Assembly: GCA_016783505.1 (NCBI GenBank)
Contig: JADHWK010000004.1
Location: forward strand, 1 to 64,000
Origin: Candidatus Zhuqueibacterota bacterium
GTDB taxonomy: Bacteria > BS750m-G25
Reading direction: 5' to 3'
Length of the DNA: 64,000 nucleotides
Shown here: one piece after another, positions 48,278 to 58,435 of the stretch
Layout of the letters: each line of letters begins with the position of its first letter
Numbering within the stretch: position 1 is the first letter of the stretch
Made by a program: the position numbers and the translations under genes
The notes under the pieces: model-generated
What the model was told of the DNA's origin: nothing
The model's input: only the letters and a program-made list of their open reading frames with translations
Databases searched by the model: none

Positions 48278-49651
48278 TCATTTATCCAACTGATACGCCT
48301 CTCCCCTCCTTCTCCGGTAGGAGACCTGTGATTCAACGGTTCCCTTGCTTACCACTTCATACAGAAGCGCTTTTTTTCCGCTTCTTTTTCTTAAGATTCT
48401 TCCCAACCGCTGTAGATGTTCCCTGGGACTGGCGGACCCGGAGAGGATAATGGCCACGTTTGCCTCGGGAACATCCACCCCCTCGTTCAGCACCTTTGAG
48501 GTGACGACCAGCCGGTAGACCCCCTGACGGAAGTTGTCCAGAATCTGCTTCCTCTCCACCGTCCGTGTATGATGGGTTATGGCCGGGATTAAAAATTCCC
48601 TTGAAATTTTATAGACCAGATCGTTGTTTTCCGTAAAGACGATCACCCGATCCCCGTGGTGCTGTTTCAGCAGGGTGTCCAGGATAGCAAGCTTCTTCTC
48701 TGCCCCCAGCATGATCCGCCGTGATTCCACTCGGGCCAGTAGGGCCCGCCGGGCATCCGCCTCGTAGGCGCTTTCCCGGATGAACTTTCCCCATCCACCC
48801 CCGAAGAAGCGAACTTTCTTTTCCTTAACATATCTTTGGTACACCACCTGTTGAACCTCGTATTCCTCTCTCTCTTCTGGGGTCAGCTCCACCCCGATGC
48901 GGTGGATCTCGTATTCGGACAGATGCTCACCCTTCAACTCTTTGATGGTCTTCCGATAAACCACCCCCCCGATCAGATAGCTTAAGATCTTCTGCCGATT
49001 ATCCAAACGCTGGTAGGTTGCGGTCAGCCCCAGCCGGTAGGGGGCAATGGCCATCTGGGGGATGTGGGAATTCTTGGGGGAAGGGAGGTGATGAACCTCG
49101 TCGAAAATCAACAATCCAAAGCGATCCCCGTAGCGATCCATATACAGATAGGCGCTGTCATAGGTAGAAACGGTGAGGGTTTTAACTTCGTGATACCCCC
49201 CGCCCAAGATGCCCACCTCGATACCAAAGGCATCCCTGATCAGACCGTACCACTGGTTCATAAGATCCAGGGTAGGGGTAACGATCAGGGTGCTTTTCCG
49301 GGTTAATTCCATGGCTTTCAGGGCCACGAAACTTTTCCCGGCGCCCGTGGGAAGGACGACGCTTCTCAGACCGGCGGCCCTGTCCCAGGCCCCCAACGCC
49401 TCTTTTTGATACGAATAAGGATCAAATTCAAGCTGAAGTCCCAGATTAAGGTCTTCTATTTTAGATACCTTATCTTTAAAAACAATCCCTGAGTGCTTAA
49501 GGGCGGCCAGTATGCGGGAATAAGCCAGCGCCCACGCCCGCCATTTCCGCTGCCGCTCGTCCCAGCGGAAAAAGGGGGGAGGTTCCTCTCCCGACCAGTT
49601 TTCAAAGATTAAAATCCCCCCGTGAAAATGAAGTTCTGGAATATTCTGCAT
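48278..49651 (-). CDS. XPB/Rad25-like SF2 helicase
   Basis: LPTGAGKS, FDEVHHL, GLTAT, LNEGVDVP, QRLGRILR. Confidence 0.9.
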   Translation of the reverse strand: MQNIPELHFHGGILIFENWSGEEPPPFFRWDERQRKWRAWALAYSRILAALKHSGIVFKDKVSKIEDLNLGLQLEFDPYSYQKEALGAWDRAAGLRSVVLPTGAGKSFVALKAMELTRKSTLIVTPTLDLMNQWYGLIRDAFGIEVGILGGGYHEVKTLTVSTYDSAYLYMDRYGDRFGLLIFDEVHHLPSPKNSHIPQMAIAPYRLGLTATYQRLDNRQKILSYLIGGVVYRKTIKELKGEHLSEYEIHRIGVELTPEEREEYEVQQVVYQRYVKEKKVRFFGGGWGKFIRESAYEADARRALLARVESRRIMLGAEKKLAILDTLLKQHHGDRVIVFTENNDLVYKISREFLIPAITHHTRTVERKQILDNFRQGVYRLVVTSKVLNEGVDVPEANVAIILSGSASPREHLQRLGRILRKRSGKKALLYEVVSKGTVESQVSYRRRRGEAYQLDK

Positions 49652-49707
49652 GGAAACATGCCTAAATTTAACGTCTCGGAATTTCTAAGATTTTGTGTTC
49701 AACTTTT

Positions 49708-49800
49708 TCAATTGCCAAGATTGCCAAAAGTTCAGAATTTGCCAAAATTATCGAAATTTAGGCAATCTTTGAAATCTTTGAAATTTAGGCAATCTTTCAA
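49708..49800. repeat. degenerate 9-bp tandem repeats in inverted arrangement
   Basis: TTGCCAAGA/TTGCCAAAA units followed by TTTAGGCAA/TCTTTGAAA units. Confidence 0.55.
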
Positions 49801-49863
49801 CTTCAGATGGTTACGATAATTCTAAGCCATACCTTTTTCAACCTAACCGTCATTGGTTAAGGG

Positions 49864-50706
49864 TTATACAGCATATTCCCGTCCCTCCTGGGCCCCGAAA
49901 CAGATCAGATCCGATCCCCTTTCCTTAATTTCCTCCCGGCAGAATTCTACTATCTCGTCCACCTCTTCATCGGGCCTCTCCGGCTCATGATGAAATAGCA
50001 CCAACTTTTTCACGCCAGCATTCAGGGCCAGCTGGAGCGCCTCAGTGTAGGTCGAATGCCCCCATCCCCGTTTGGATTCTATCTCTTCGGGCTTATACTG
50101 GGCATCGTGAATAAGGAAGTCGGCATCCTGGCAAAAATCCTTGATCTTTTCAAAATGAGAATGATCCCCAGGGGTCAGGAAGAGCTCGTTGTCCGTGAGG
50201 AACACCAGCTTCTTGATCCCCTCCTCGATCCGAAACCCCACTCCACCACCGGGATGGCAGAGGTCGGTGAGAAAAATGCTGGCCTCTCCGATCTGCAAAA
50301 ATCTGTCCCTAACATCCTGAAACTCGATTTTAGCTTTCAGGTGATTGTAATCCACCGGAAAGTGGGATATCTCCATCTGATCGAAGATATTTAGGCTGAT
50401 CTTTCTGTTCCCCGGCGAACAGCCGTAGATGGTGATCTCGGTCTCGGCGTTGTAGGCGGGCAGGAAGAACGGAAAGCCCTGAATGTGGTCCCAATGGTAA
50501 TGGCTGAACAAGAGGTTGGTTTTCACCGGTCCACCCCGTTTCATCAACGTGAGGCCCAGTTTGCGGATGCCCGTCCCCGCATCAAAAATCAGAATATCCC
50601 CCCGGTTCAAGATCAATTCTACACAGGTAGTGTTGCCCCCATATTTTACCGTATCCTCACCCGGGGTGGGGATCGAACCCCGGGTTCCCCAGAATTTTAC
50701 CCTCAT
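49864..50706 (-). CDS. metallo-beta-lactamase-fold hydrolase
   Basis: FWGTRGSIP, YGGNTTC, DAGTG, SHYHWDH, GWGHS, FHH. Confidence 0.9.
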   Translation of the reverse strand: MRVKFWGTRGSIPTPGEDTVKYGGNTTCVELILNRGDILIFDAGTGIRKLGLTLMKRGGPVKTNLLFSHYHWDHIQGFPFFLPAYNAETEITIYGCSPGNRKISLNIFDQMEISHFPVDYNHLKAKIEFQDVRDRFLQIGEASIFLTDLCHPGGGVGFRIEEGIKKLVFLTDNELFLTPGDHSHFEKIKDFCQDADFLIHDAQYKPEEIESKRGWGHSTYTEALQLALNAGVKKLVLFHHEPERPDEEVDEIVEFCREEIKERGSDLICFGAQEGREYAV

Positions 50707-50730
50707 CGATTGGCTCCTCATTATATATTG

Positions 50731-52146
50731 TTAAAAAAACGGTCTCCATTTTTCTTCCCGGGGTTTAGACCCCAAAAGGCTGACCGCAATCAAAAGTATT
50801 ACCGAACAGATTAAAGCCGGATAGATTGCCGGCACCCCTAACGGCGGGTGTCCCTGAATTTTGTTGATGATTTCCCACCCTATGGTTACCCCCATCCCGG
50901 CTGAGATAGAGACTACCCCCGCCGCCGGGGTAGCCCGTTTCCAGAAAAAGACGGCCATCAGCGCCGGTGTGATCCCGGCCCCGTACACGGTGTAGGCAGC
51001 GTATGCCGCATCCAGAATACGGGGGAAAAAAGAGATCAGGGAATAGGCAATAATTCCTAAAAGGACAACCACAATTCTGGAATAAAGAACGATCTTTTTA
51101 TCGGAGACTTCCGGGTTAATAAACCGCTGATAGATATCCCGCATGATGTTGGTGGCCGGAACCAACAGGAAGCTATTAGCGGTAGAGATAATGATAGCCA
51201 CGATGGCCCCGAACAGGATACAGCCAACTGCCACCGGCAACCCTCGGTGGGCCACCAGCAGGATGATCTTCCCCGCTTCCACCTGCGAAAGTTCCTTGAA
51301 AATGCTGGAGCCGATGACGGCTAAGCTCTGGAGGGCGATTCCCAAAAGGATCACCCCTATCACCCAGCCCACCACCGATCGCTTGGCCTCAGTGGGATTT
51401 TTAGCTGAGAAGAACCGCTGGTAGGTGTTCCCCATTCCCAGGGCTAAAAGAAACGTGGGCACAAAATAACCCATCGCCTGCACCCAAGTCATGTTACCCA
51501 AAAAGGGGTGTTGTCTCGTGGTCACGTTAGCGGCGATATGGGCCAGCCCTCCCCCCTGATGGATGAGGAAGGGCAGGGCCAGGAATACCCCGGTGATGAT
51601 GATAACCCCGTTCAGTACATCCAAGTAGGCCACCGAGATCATCCCGGCAAACAGGGTATAGCCGATGACGAAGCCGGCTACGATGACCATGGCGGTTTCC
51701 ATCGGGACCTTTCCGCCAGAGACGATGTTCAGCACCCATCCCCCACCCCGAAACTGGTAGCTGACAATGACCACGCTGGTGACAATGGTGGTGATGGTGG
51801 CCAAAATCCGCGCCCACTGGTTATACCGGACCTCCAGGATGTCGGGCACGGTGAACTGGCCAAACCGCCGCACCCGCCCGGCGATAAAATAGACGATGAT
51901 GATCCCCATCCAGCCCCCACCTGATCCGATCAGGGATGAATAGCCATGGTTGTAGCTCAAATCAGCCACCGAGAAGATATCCCCGGAGCCGATCCAGGTA
52001 GCCAGCAGGGTGCCCACCAGCACCGGGGCGGTGAGCTTTCTCCCCGCCACCATGAAGTCCTCCTGGGTCTTCGCCCGGGAGGCCAAATAAAAGCCGAAGG
52101 AAAAAAGAACAATCAAGTAACCGAAGATAGTAAATAGGTAAACCAT
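50731..52146 (-). CDS. sodium:solute symporter family protein
   Basis: EDFMVAGR, ATWIGSG, YQRFFSAK; many TM segments. Confidence 0.92.
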   Translation of the reverse strand: MVYLFTIFGYLIVLFSFGFYLASRAKTQEDFMVAGRKLTAPVLVGTLLATWIGSGDIFSVADLSYNHGYSSLIGSGGGWMGIIIVYFIAGRVRRFGQFTVPDILEVRYNQWARILATITTIVTSVVIVSYQFRGGGWVLNIVSGGKVPMETAMVIVAGFVIGYTLFAGMISVAYLDVLNGVIIITGVFLALPFLIHQGGGLAHIAANVTTRQHPFLGNMTWVQAMGYFVPTFLLALGMGNTYQRFFSAKNPTEAKRSVVGWVIGVILLGIALQSLAVIGSSIFKELSQVEAGKIILLVAHRGLPVAVGCILFGAIVAIIISTANSFLLVPATNIMRDIYQRFINPEVSDKKIVLYSRIVVVLLGIIAYSLISFFPRILDAAYAAYTVYGAGITPALMAVFFWKRATPAAGVVSISAGMGVTIGWEIINKIQGHPPLGVPAIYPALICSVILLIAVSLLGSKPREEKWRPFF

Positions 52147-52235
52147 AGGGAATTCACGCGTAAAATACAAGAATCTAAGATAAGAAAGAATATTCCTTCT
52201 TATCTTCGATTCCTGTGGTTATTGAAAAGGAAACA

Positions 52236-53696
52236 TTATGCTTCCGAAGGCTGAAAAAGCTCCTTTATTTCCTCCTCTTTCGGTGCTTGAGTCAAATAGC
52301 TTACTACGAAAAGACACAACAACGAGACAATGAGTGACGGATAGATGATGGGAATCCCCCAGGGGTCTCCGTCGGGGACCTGTTCTGGGGGGAGGATGTA
52401 GGTAATCACTTTCAGGAAAACACAGACTACCGTCCCGCTGATGATGGAAGCCAGCCCCCCGGCTTTGGTGGCCCGCTTCCAGGTCAGCGCCGCAATCAGG
52501 GCCGGGGTGATGGCTACCCCATAAATGGTGTAGGCGAAATAACTCATCTCCAGCACAGACACCAGTTTGGTGGCCAGAAAGAAGGCGATCACCCCCAAAA
52601 CGACCACTACCACCTTCTGCAGGGCCACCATGGTGCGTTGGTCCGCATCGGGCCTGATGAACCGCTGGTAGACATCACGCATGAGGTTAGTGGTGGGTGA
52701 GAGGAGATAGTTCATCCCTGTTGAAATCACCACAGCACAGGCGGCCCCTAAAAGGAGAATCCCGACGACCGGGTGCACCATATGCTTTGCCGCCAGGATC
52801 ACCATAGCCGCCGGGTCGTATCCCTGCCCCCAGAAGTGGGAGGAGGCAAAAACAGCAATAATCACCACCACCGTTTCCACCACGATGGTGCCGATCACCC
52901 ATAAAACCACCGCCTGCCGCGCCCCCTTGGCCGTCTTCGCCGAATAGAACTTCTGGTACATGCTCTGGACGCCCATAAGAAGCAGTCCGGTGGCCAGGAA
53001 GTAACTGATTCCTTTCAGGACAGGGTGGGCGCCGAAGGTCTCGGAAAACACGGTGAAATGATCGGGGGGCAGGACCTGCTGGGCGGAGGAAAGTCCCCCG
53101 GCGAAAAAGTAGACGAAGGGCGTAGAGATCACACAGGCCAGGACGATGATGATCCCATTGGGGAGGTCGGTGTAGGCCACCGCCATCATTCCGGCTAACG
53201 CCGTGAACAGGATGACGAAGGCCGCCGCTAAGAATTGGCCCACCTCGACTGAGACCGCCCCATCGGTAACCACGTTCAGGATATATCCCCCGGCCCGAAA
53301 TTGGTAGCTGACGATAGCTGTGAACGATATTATGAGGGCGATGGCCCCGAACACCCGGGCCGTCTTACCATAGCGCACCTCGAGGATGTCACCGATGGTG
53401 TACTGGCCGAAGGTGCGGATCTTTCCTGCTAAGAAGTAAATGATGATAATTCCCACCCAGGCCCCGGCCGGCATCCAAAGGCTGGAGAAACCGGCCTTGT
53501 AGGCGTATTCGGCCCCGGCGATGAACGTCCCCGACCCGATCCAAGTGCAGATCAAGGTAAACACCATCACCCGCACCGACAACGACCGGCCGGCCACCAT
53601 GAAGTCCTCCTGGGTCTTGACCTTTTTAGAACGGTAAAAGTTAAATCCCATTAACACCAGAATATAAGCTAGAATCACGTAAAGATACCAGTGCAT
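52236..53696 (-). CDS. sodium:solute symporter family protein
   Basis: EDFMVAGR, CTWIGSG, YQKFYSAK; AGGAGG SD. Confidence 0.92.
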   Translation of the reverse strand: MHWYLYVILAYILVLMGFNFYRSKKVKTQEDFMVAGRSLSVRVMVFTLICTWIGSGTFIAGAEYAYKAGFSSLWMPAGAWVGIIIIYFLAGKIRTFGQYTIGDILEVRYGKTARVFGAIALIISFTAIVSYQFRAGGYILNVVTDGAVSVEVGQFLAAAFVILFTALAGMMAVAYTDLPNGIIIVLACVISTPFVYFFAGGLSSAQQVLPPDHFTVFSETFGAHPVLKGISYFLATGLLLMGVQSMYQKFYSAKTAKGARQAVVLWVIGTIVVETVVVIIAVFASSHFWGQGYDPAAMVILAAKHMVHPVVGILLLGAACAVVISTGMNYLLSPTTNLMRDVYQRFIRPDADQRTMVALQKVVVVVLGVIAFFLATKLVSVLEMSYFAYTIYGVAITPALIAALTWKRATKAGGLASIISGTVVCVFLKVITYILPPEQVPDGDPWGIPIIYPSLIVSLLCLFVVSYLTQAPKEEEIKELFQPSEA

Positions 53697-53753
53697 ATCC
53701 GCCTCCTTTTTAAAATATCAGTATCAATACAGTAAGACGAACTTTTTTCGATG

Positions 53754-54161
53754 TTAGGGCTCCTTTCTCCTAATCCCCTTGATCATGTCAAAGTGAGCAT
53801 CGTAACTATAGATGACCCGAATATCGTTGTTTTTCATTACGGCGGCATGGATAGCATACCGGGGTTTAATCCCAGGAGATTTCATCAGGATTTCTCTTGC
53901 CAGCATGATGTCTTCCTTTTCCACCGGTAGAATAGAAGGAACACTTTTAATAAAGTTATCAAAGATAGCAAATCCATGTTTGGGTTCATTAATGGCAGCA
54001 AAACGGTATAGAATCTCCTGTAAGACTTCTGAGTCCGACACTCCCTCCATCTCGCCCAGGGCTATTCTCTGAAGGAAAGCCAGCGAGGGCTGCTTAAACG
54101 GGTGGGATTTTCCAGCAGCATAGATGGGAATATTGGTATCAATAAATACCGTCTCAATCAT
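53754..54161 (-). CDS. VapC/PIN toxin, with a conserved Asp apparently replaced by Tyr
   Basis: FIDTN, LQEI, PRYAIHAA, YDAHFD; start overlaps the antitoxin stop. Confidence 0.85.
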   Translation of the reverse strand: MIETVFIDTNIPIYAAGKSHPFKQPSLAFLQRIALGEMEGVSDSEVLQEILYRFAAINEPKHGFAIFDNFIKSVPSILPVEKEDIMLAREILMKSPGIKPRYAIHAAVMKNNDIRVIYSYDAHFDMIKGIRRKEP

Positions 54162-54402
54162 CCAAGATCCCCTTTTCAATCTCCCCCTCCATTTCAGCCC
54201 ACTCCTTAACGGGCGCATTAATTTCACCCAGAGCCTTAACGGCTTTAAGTCTTTCGTTCTCTTCCAATAGTCCGTATTGTCTCTTTACCGCTTCCCTGAT
54301 GAGATTCCCGATAGAGGTTCTTTTGACTTTGGCCAATGCTTCCAGACATTTAAAAAGGGATGGGGAGAACAAAATAGTCGTTTTTTTATCTAATGTAGAC
54401 AT
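54154..54402 (-). CDS. CopG/RHH antitoxin
   Basis: KKTTILFS...SIGNLIREAV; directly upstream of the PIN gene. Confidence 0.82.
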   Translation of the reverse strand: MSTLDKKTTILFSPSLFKCLEALAKVKRTSIGNLIREAVKRQYGLLEENERLKAVKALGEINAPVKEWAEMEGEIEKGILDD

Positions 54403-54494
54403 TCCAGACCTCCATATAAATTAATAATTATCTCCATACATTAATATAATAAATGATTACCTTTTTGTCAAGGATTATTTAAGATTTTGGGGGA

Positions 54495-55682
54495 TTAAAC
54501 AATTTTGACAATTTCATCCTGTTCTTTCCCGGCCACTACCACTTCACCCTTCAAGGTAATGAAGACATTGATCTCAGTGCGCACCGCCATCTCGCCCGGC
54601 AGATAAATCCCCGGCTCAATGGAAAAGCAAATACCCGGCACTAGCCTGCGTTCATCCTTCGTCTCCAAGTTATCAATGTTCACCCCGTTGCCGTGCACCT
54701 CCCGGCCGATGGAGTGACCGGTCCGATGGACGAAATAGTCCCCGTACCCGGCATCCTTCACCACCTGTCGGCAGGCGTTATCCACCTCCCAGCCATGGCA
54801 GGGGGACCCGGCGGCAAACCGCTCCCGGATAAACCTTACAGCCGCCCTTCGGGCATCCCGAACAGCGTTAAAGATTTCTACATATTTGGGGGGGGGATCT
54901 TCCCCCACATAGCCGCACCAGGTGATGTCATAGTAAATACCGTCAGGGACGGCTTTCTTCGCCCATAGGTCAATGAGAACGGTATCCCCATCTTTTATCA
55001 GGTAGGCATTCTCCGGGGTAGGCTCGAAGTGGGGGTCGGCGGGATGGTCGTTGACCCCGACGATGGGCCACTCTTCATCGCAGGTCAATCCATTCTCATC
55101 AAACTGCTTAACAATGAACTGCTTGATGTCATATTCGGTAATCTTATCCCCGACCCGCAGGGCGCGGCCGATTTCGGCGAAAGCCCCATCCTTGACCCTT
55201 TGAATAATTTCACCCGCTTCAAGGTGAAGACGATACCCTTCTTGGCTAATCACCGCCTCAAAGGTCTGCACCAGGTCGGCCGAGGAGACGATTTCGTGTC
55301 CCAATTTGCGAACCAGGTCCAATGTCCCCCCGTCCACGATGGAGACGTAGGGGATGGCGTTGTCCGGGGAATACTGCATGGCAATCTTTTTTGGTTCGCC
55401 TAATATCTCCTTCAGCCCATCGTGAAGTTGTCGCCAGGAAAGGTAGACCGTTTTCGACCCTGGCAGTCCATCCAGCTTCCCTGGTTCCACCGAATGGGTT
55501 AGTTTACGGGGTTCCCCATGGGTGGGAATGAAGTAAAACCACCGCCGGCTGGTCATCTTAGACCCATCCAATCCTAAAATCCGATAGGCCAGTTGATCCC
55601 GGTTCTGAAAATCCCAGAACAGCCAGCCGTCAATCTTCATCTCTCTGAGCCTCGCTTGAATTCTCTCCAGTTCCATCTCCAT
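54495..55682 (-). CDS. M24 family (Xaa-Pro) peptidase
   Basis: IDLW, DITW, HRTGHSIG..VHG, SIEPGIY, RTE. Confidence 0.9.
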   Translation of the reverse strand: MEMELERIQARLREMKIDGWLFWDFQNRDQLAYRILGLDGSKMTSRRWFYFIPTHGEPRKLTHSVEPGKLDGLPGSKTVYLSWRQLHDGLKEILGEPKKIAMQYSPDNAIPYVSIVDGGTLDLVRKLGHEIVSSADLVQTFEAVISQEGYRLHLEAGEIIQRVKDGAFAEIGRALRVGDKITEYDIKQFIVKQFDENGLTCDEEWPIVGVNDHPADPHFEPTPENAYLIKDGDTVLIDLWAKKAVPDGIYYDITWCGYVGEDPPPKYVEIFNAVRDARRAAVRFIRERFAAGSPCHGWEVDNACRQVVKDAGYGDYFVHRTGHSIGREVHGNGVNIDNLETKDERRLVPGICFSIEPGIYLPGEMAVRTEINVFITLKGEVVVAGKEQDEIVKIV

Positions 55683-55757
55683 CTCCCAATAATTAACCCA
55701 AGACGATAAATTTGGTTTAATATAAAGGATAATTTTAAAAAAATCAACCTAAAAAAC

Positions 55758-55783
55758 AAAAAAGCCGATCCTTTAGATCGGCC
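55758..55783 (-). terminator. intrinsic terminator
   Basis: GCCGATC-cttta-GATCGGC with an A-tract on the plus strand, after glgC. Confidence 0.65.
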
Positions 55784-55811
55784 AATATTATTTTGTTGAA
55801 TACTCATTGAA

Positions 55812-57065
55812 TCAGATCCGGGTTCCGTCAGGGATCACGGCTCCCTTTTCCACCACCACAATCCCCTCCCGAATGGTATAACCCTCCCCGTCAAATTCGG
55901 TCAGATTATCCTGGTTACAAATCTTTACCCCCCGTCCGATGCGGGCATTTTTATCAATGATGGCCCCTGAAATTAAGGAATCCCCCCCGATTCCCACATC
56001 TGGAATACACCGGTTTCTGTTCTCCTGCTTTTCCTCCTCGGTCTCATAAAAATCCGCCCCCATGACCACCGACCTTCTTACCCTCGCCCCTTCCTGAATA
56101 ACGCTGCGCACCCCGATAATGGACTGGCGGATCTGGGCCCGGTCAATGATGCAGCCCTCGGCCAGAATGGCTTCCTCAAGGCGGCAGGCGTTAATCTTGG
56201 AGGTGGGAAGATAGCGGGGATGGGTGTAAACCGGGGCCCATTCCTCGTAGAAATTAAATCTGGGGGTGATCCGGGTCAGGTCAATGTTGGCCTCGTAGAA
56301 GGTGCGGATGGTGCCCACGTCCTCCCAGTAGCCCCCATAGATGTAACCGCAGGTCTTCCTTTCTTCCAGGGCCCGGGGGATGATATGGGCGCCGAAATCG
56401 GTCAGGCTTGCATCAGCCAGCAGGTCTTTTAGCACCCCCCGCTTGAACACGTAGATGCCCATGGAGGCCAATACATGACCATTCCCCGTATCAATTAAAA
56501 ATTCCTTTATCCTATCATCAGGGACGGGTTTTTCCAGGAAATCAAGGATGCGACCGGAATCATCCAACTTCATAATACCGAACTCCCCACATCTTTGGAC
56601 TGGAACGGGGACTGCGGCTATTGTCACCTCAGCCCCCCGGCTCTGATGCTGAGTGATCATTTCCTGAAAGTCCATTCGATAGAGTTGATCCCCGGATAAG
56701 ATGAGAAAATCCCCAGCCTGGGGATAGTTACGGAAGTGAACCAGGTTTTTTCTGACAGCATCGGCTGTCCCCTGGTACCAGCTGCGGTTATTGAGGGTCT
56801 GTTCGGCGGCCAGAATGTCCACGAACCCCTGATGAAAGTAATCGAACTTGTATGACTGGTTAATGTGGCGGTTCAGGGATTCGGAATTGAACTGGGTGCA
56901 GACGAAAATTTTGTTAATCCCGGAATTAATGCAGTTAGAGATAGGGATGTCCACCAATCGGTATTTTCCCCCGAAGGGGACGGCGGGTTTGGAGCGGTAT
57001 TTGGTCAGGGGAAAGAGCCTTTTCCCCTCCCCACCCCCTAAAATGATGCCCAGAACATCCTTCAT
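55812..57065 (-). CDS. glgC: glucose-1-phosphate adenylyltransferase
   Basis: GGGEGKRLFPLT..RSKPAVPFGGKYRL, GTADAV, SMGIY, YWEDVGT. Confidence 0.96.
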   Translation of the reverse strand: MKDVLGIILGGGEGKRLFPLTKYRSKPAVPFGGKYRLVDIPISNCINSGINKIFVCTQFNSESLNRHINQSYKFDYFHQGFVDILAAEQTLNNRSWYQGTADAVRKNLVHFRNYPQAGDFLILSGDQLYRMDFQEMITQHQSRGAEVTIAAVPVPVQRCGEFGIMKLDDSGRILDFLEKPVPDDRIKEFLIDTGNGHVLASMGIYVFKRGVLKDLLADASLTDFGAHIIPRALEERKTCGYIYGGYWEDVGTIRTFYEANIDLTRITPRFNFYEEWAPVYTHPRYLPTSKINACRLEEAILAEGCIIDRAQIRQSIIGVRSVIQEGARVRRSVVMGADFYETEEEKQENRNRCIPDVGIGGDSLISGAIIDKNARIGRGVKICNQDNLTEFDGEGYTIREGIVVVEKGAVIPDGTRI

Positions 57066-58435
57066 TTCCGCTTTTGAATCTTCATTAAGGCCTTTATTTC
57101 CCGAACCAAGTTCTCCGCTTTTTTTTGAGTCTTGGCCTCGGCGAATATCCGCAGCACGGGCTCGGTGTTGGAGGGACGCACGTGCACCCAGCCCTCATTC
57201 CGGTCAATCCTGATCCCATCGGTAAGATCGAGTCTTTCTTTTGAATATTTCTCCCGTAATTTGCGAATAACTACCTTAGGATCAGCCTCGTCGACTTTCA
57301 TCCTTCGTTTGACCATGACATAGTGTGGTAGTTGAGAAACCAATTGGCTGATGGTTTCCCCGGAATCCGACAGATATTGCAAAATCAGCACAATGGCCAG
57401 GGCGGCGTCCCTCCCGTAGTGTAGGTCGGGGAAGATGACCCCCCCATTACCCTCCCCCCCTATCACAGCACCAACCCTTTTCATCCCTTCAACCACGTGG
57501 ATCTCACCTACCTTGGTTCGAACCACAGGACAGTTGGCTTGGGCGGCAACCCCATCAATGGCCCGGGTGGTAGAGAGATTGGTCACTACCGGCCCCTTTT
57601 TTTTGCCCAGCAGGAATTTACAGGCCAGGGCCAGGGTGTATTCTTCCCCAATGGGCTTGCCGTATTCGTCCACGATGGCCAGCCGGTCGCCGTCCGGGTC
57701 CAAGGCGAATCCTATTTCAGCATTCTCGTCCCGGATAGCCTGGCCCAGATGGGTCAAATTCTCAGGCAGGGGCTCTGGGGGTCGGTCAAATTTTCCCGTA
57801 ATTTCACAGTGCAATTTGATCACCCCACAGCCCAGTTCCTGCAAGAGCTTGGGCACCAAAAGGGCTCCGGCCCCGTTGGCCCCATCCAAGACAATGCGGA
57901 AAATACGATCGCGCAGGGAAGGAGCATCCAGGAACTTCAGACCCAGGATGGCATTAATATGATCGGGGATGGCTTGGTCATAACATGAAACCCGACCCAA
58001 TTTATCCCAAGGTTTCAAAGCGAGAGGGCCCTCGGTATAAAGGGTGACTACATTGTCAGCTTCAGCCTGGGTCAGGAAAAGCCCCTCTTTGTTGAAAAAT
58101 TTCAGGGCGTTCCATTCAATAGGATTATGACTGGCGGTGATGGCAATGCCGCCCACCGCCCGGGAATGCTGGGTAGCGAGTTGAACGGTAGGGGTGGGGA
58201 CGATGCCTATATCAACGGGGTTACACCCCACAGCCGTCAGCCCCGAAAAGACGGCCATTTTGACCATCTCCCCCGAGGCCCGGCCGTCCCGGCCCACCAT
58301 AATCCGTCCCTTTCCAGTAAAGGTGCCAAAGGCGGTCGCAAACCGGGCGATAGTATCGGGACTCAGTCCCTTACCCACCAGACCCCGCACCCCGGAAATA
58401 CTGATCATTAAACCCTGAGGAATTGGATGTTTCAT
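57062..58435 (-). CDS. alpha-D-phosphohexomutase (phosphoglucosamine mutase or PGM/PMM)
   Basis: TASHNP, DPDGDR, GEGNGG, RPSNTEP. Confidence 0.92.
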   Translation of the reverse strand: MKHPIPQGLMISISGVRGLVGKGLSPDTIARFATAFGTFTGKGRIMVGRDGRASGEMVKMAVFSGLTAVGCNPVDIGIVPTPTVQLATQHSRAVGGIAITASHNPIEWNALKFFNKEGLFLTQAEADNVVTLYTEGPLALKPWDKLGRVSCYDQAIPDHINAILGLKFLDAPSLRDRIFRIVLDGANGAGALLVPKLLQELGCGVIKLHCEITGKFDRPPEPLPENLTHLGQAIRDENAEIGFALDPDGDRLAIVDEYGKPIGEEYTLALACKFLLGKKKGPVVTNLSTTRAIDGVAAQANCPVVRTKVGEIHVVEGMKRVGAVIGGEGNGGVIFPDLHYGRDAALAIVLILQYLSDSGETISQLVSQLPHYVMVKRRMKVDEADPKVVIRKLREKYSKERLDLTDGIRIDRNEGWVHVRPSNTEPVLRIFAEAKTQKKAENLVREIKALMKIQKRK

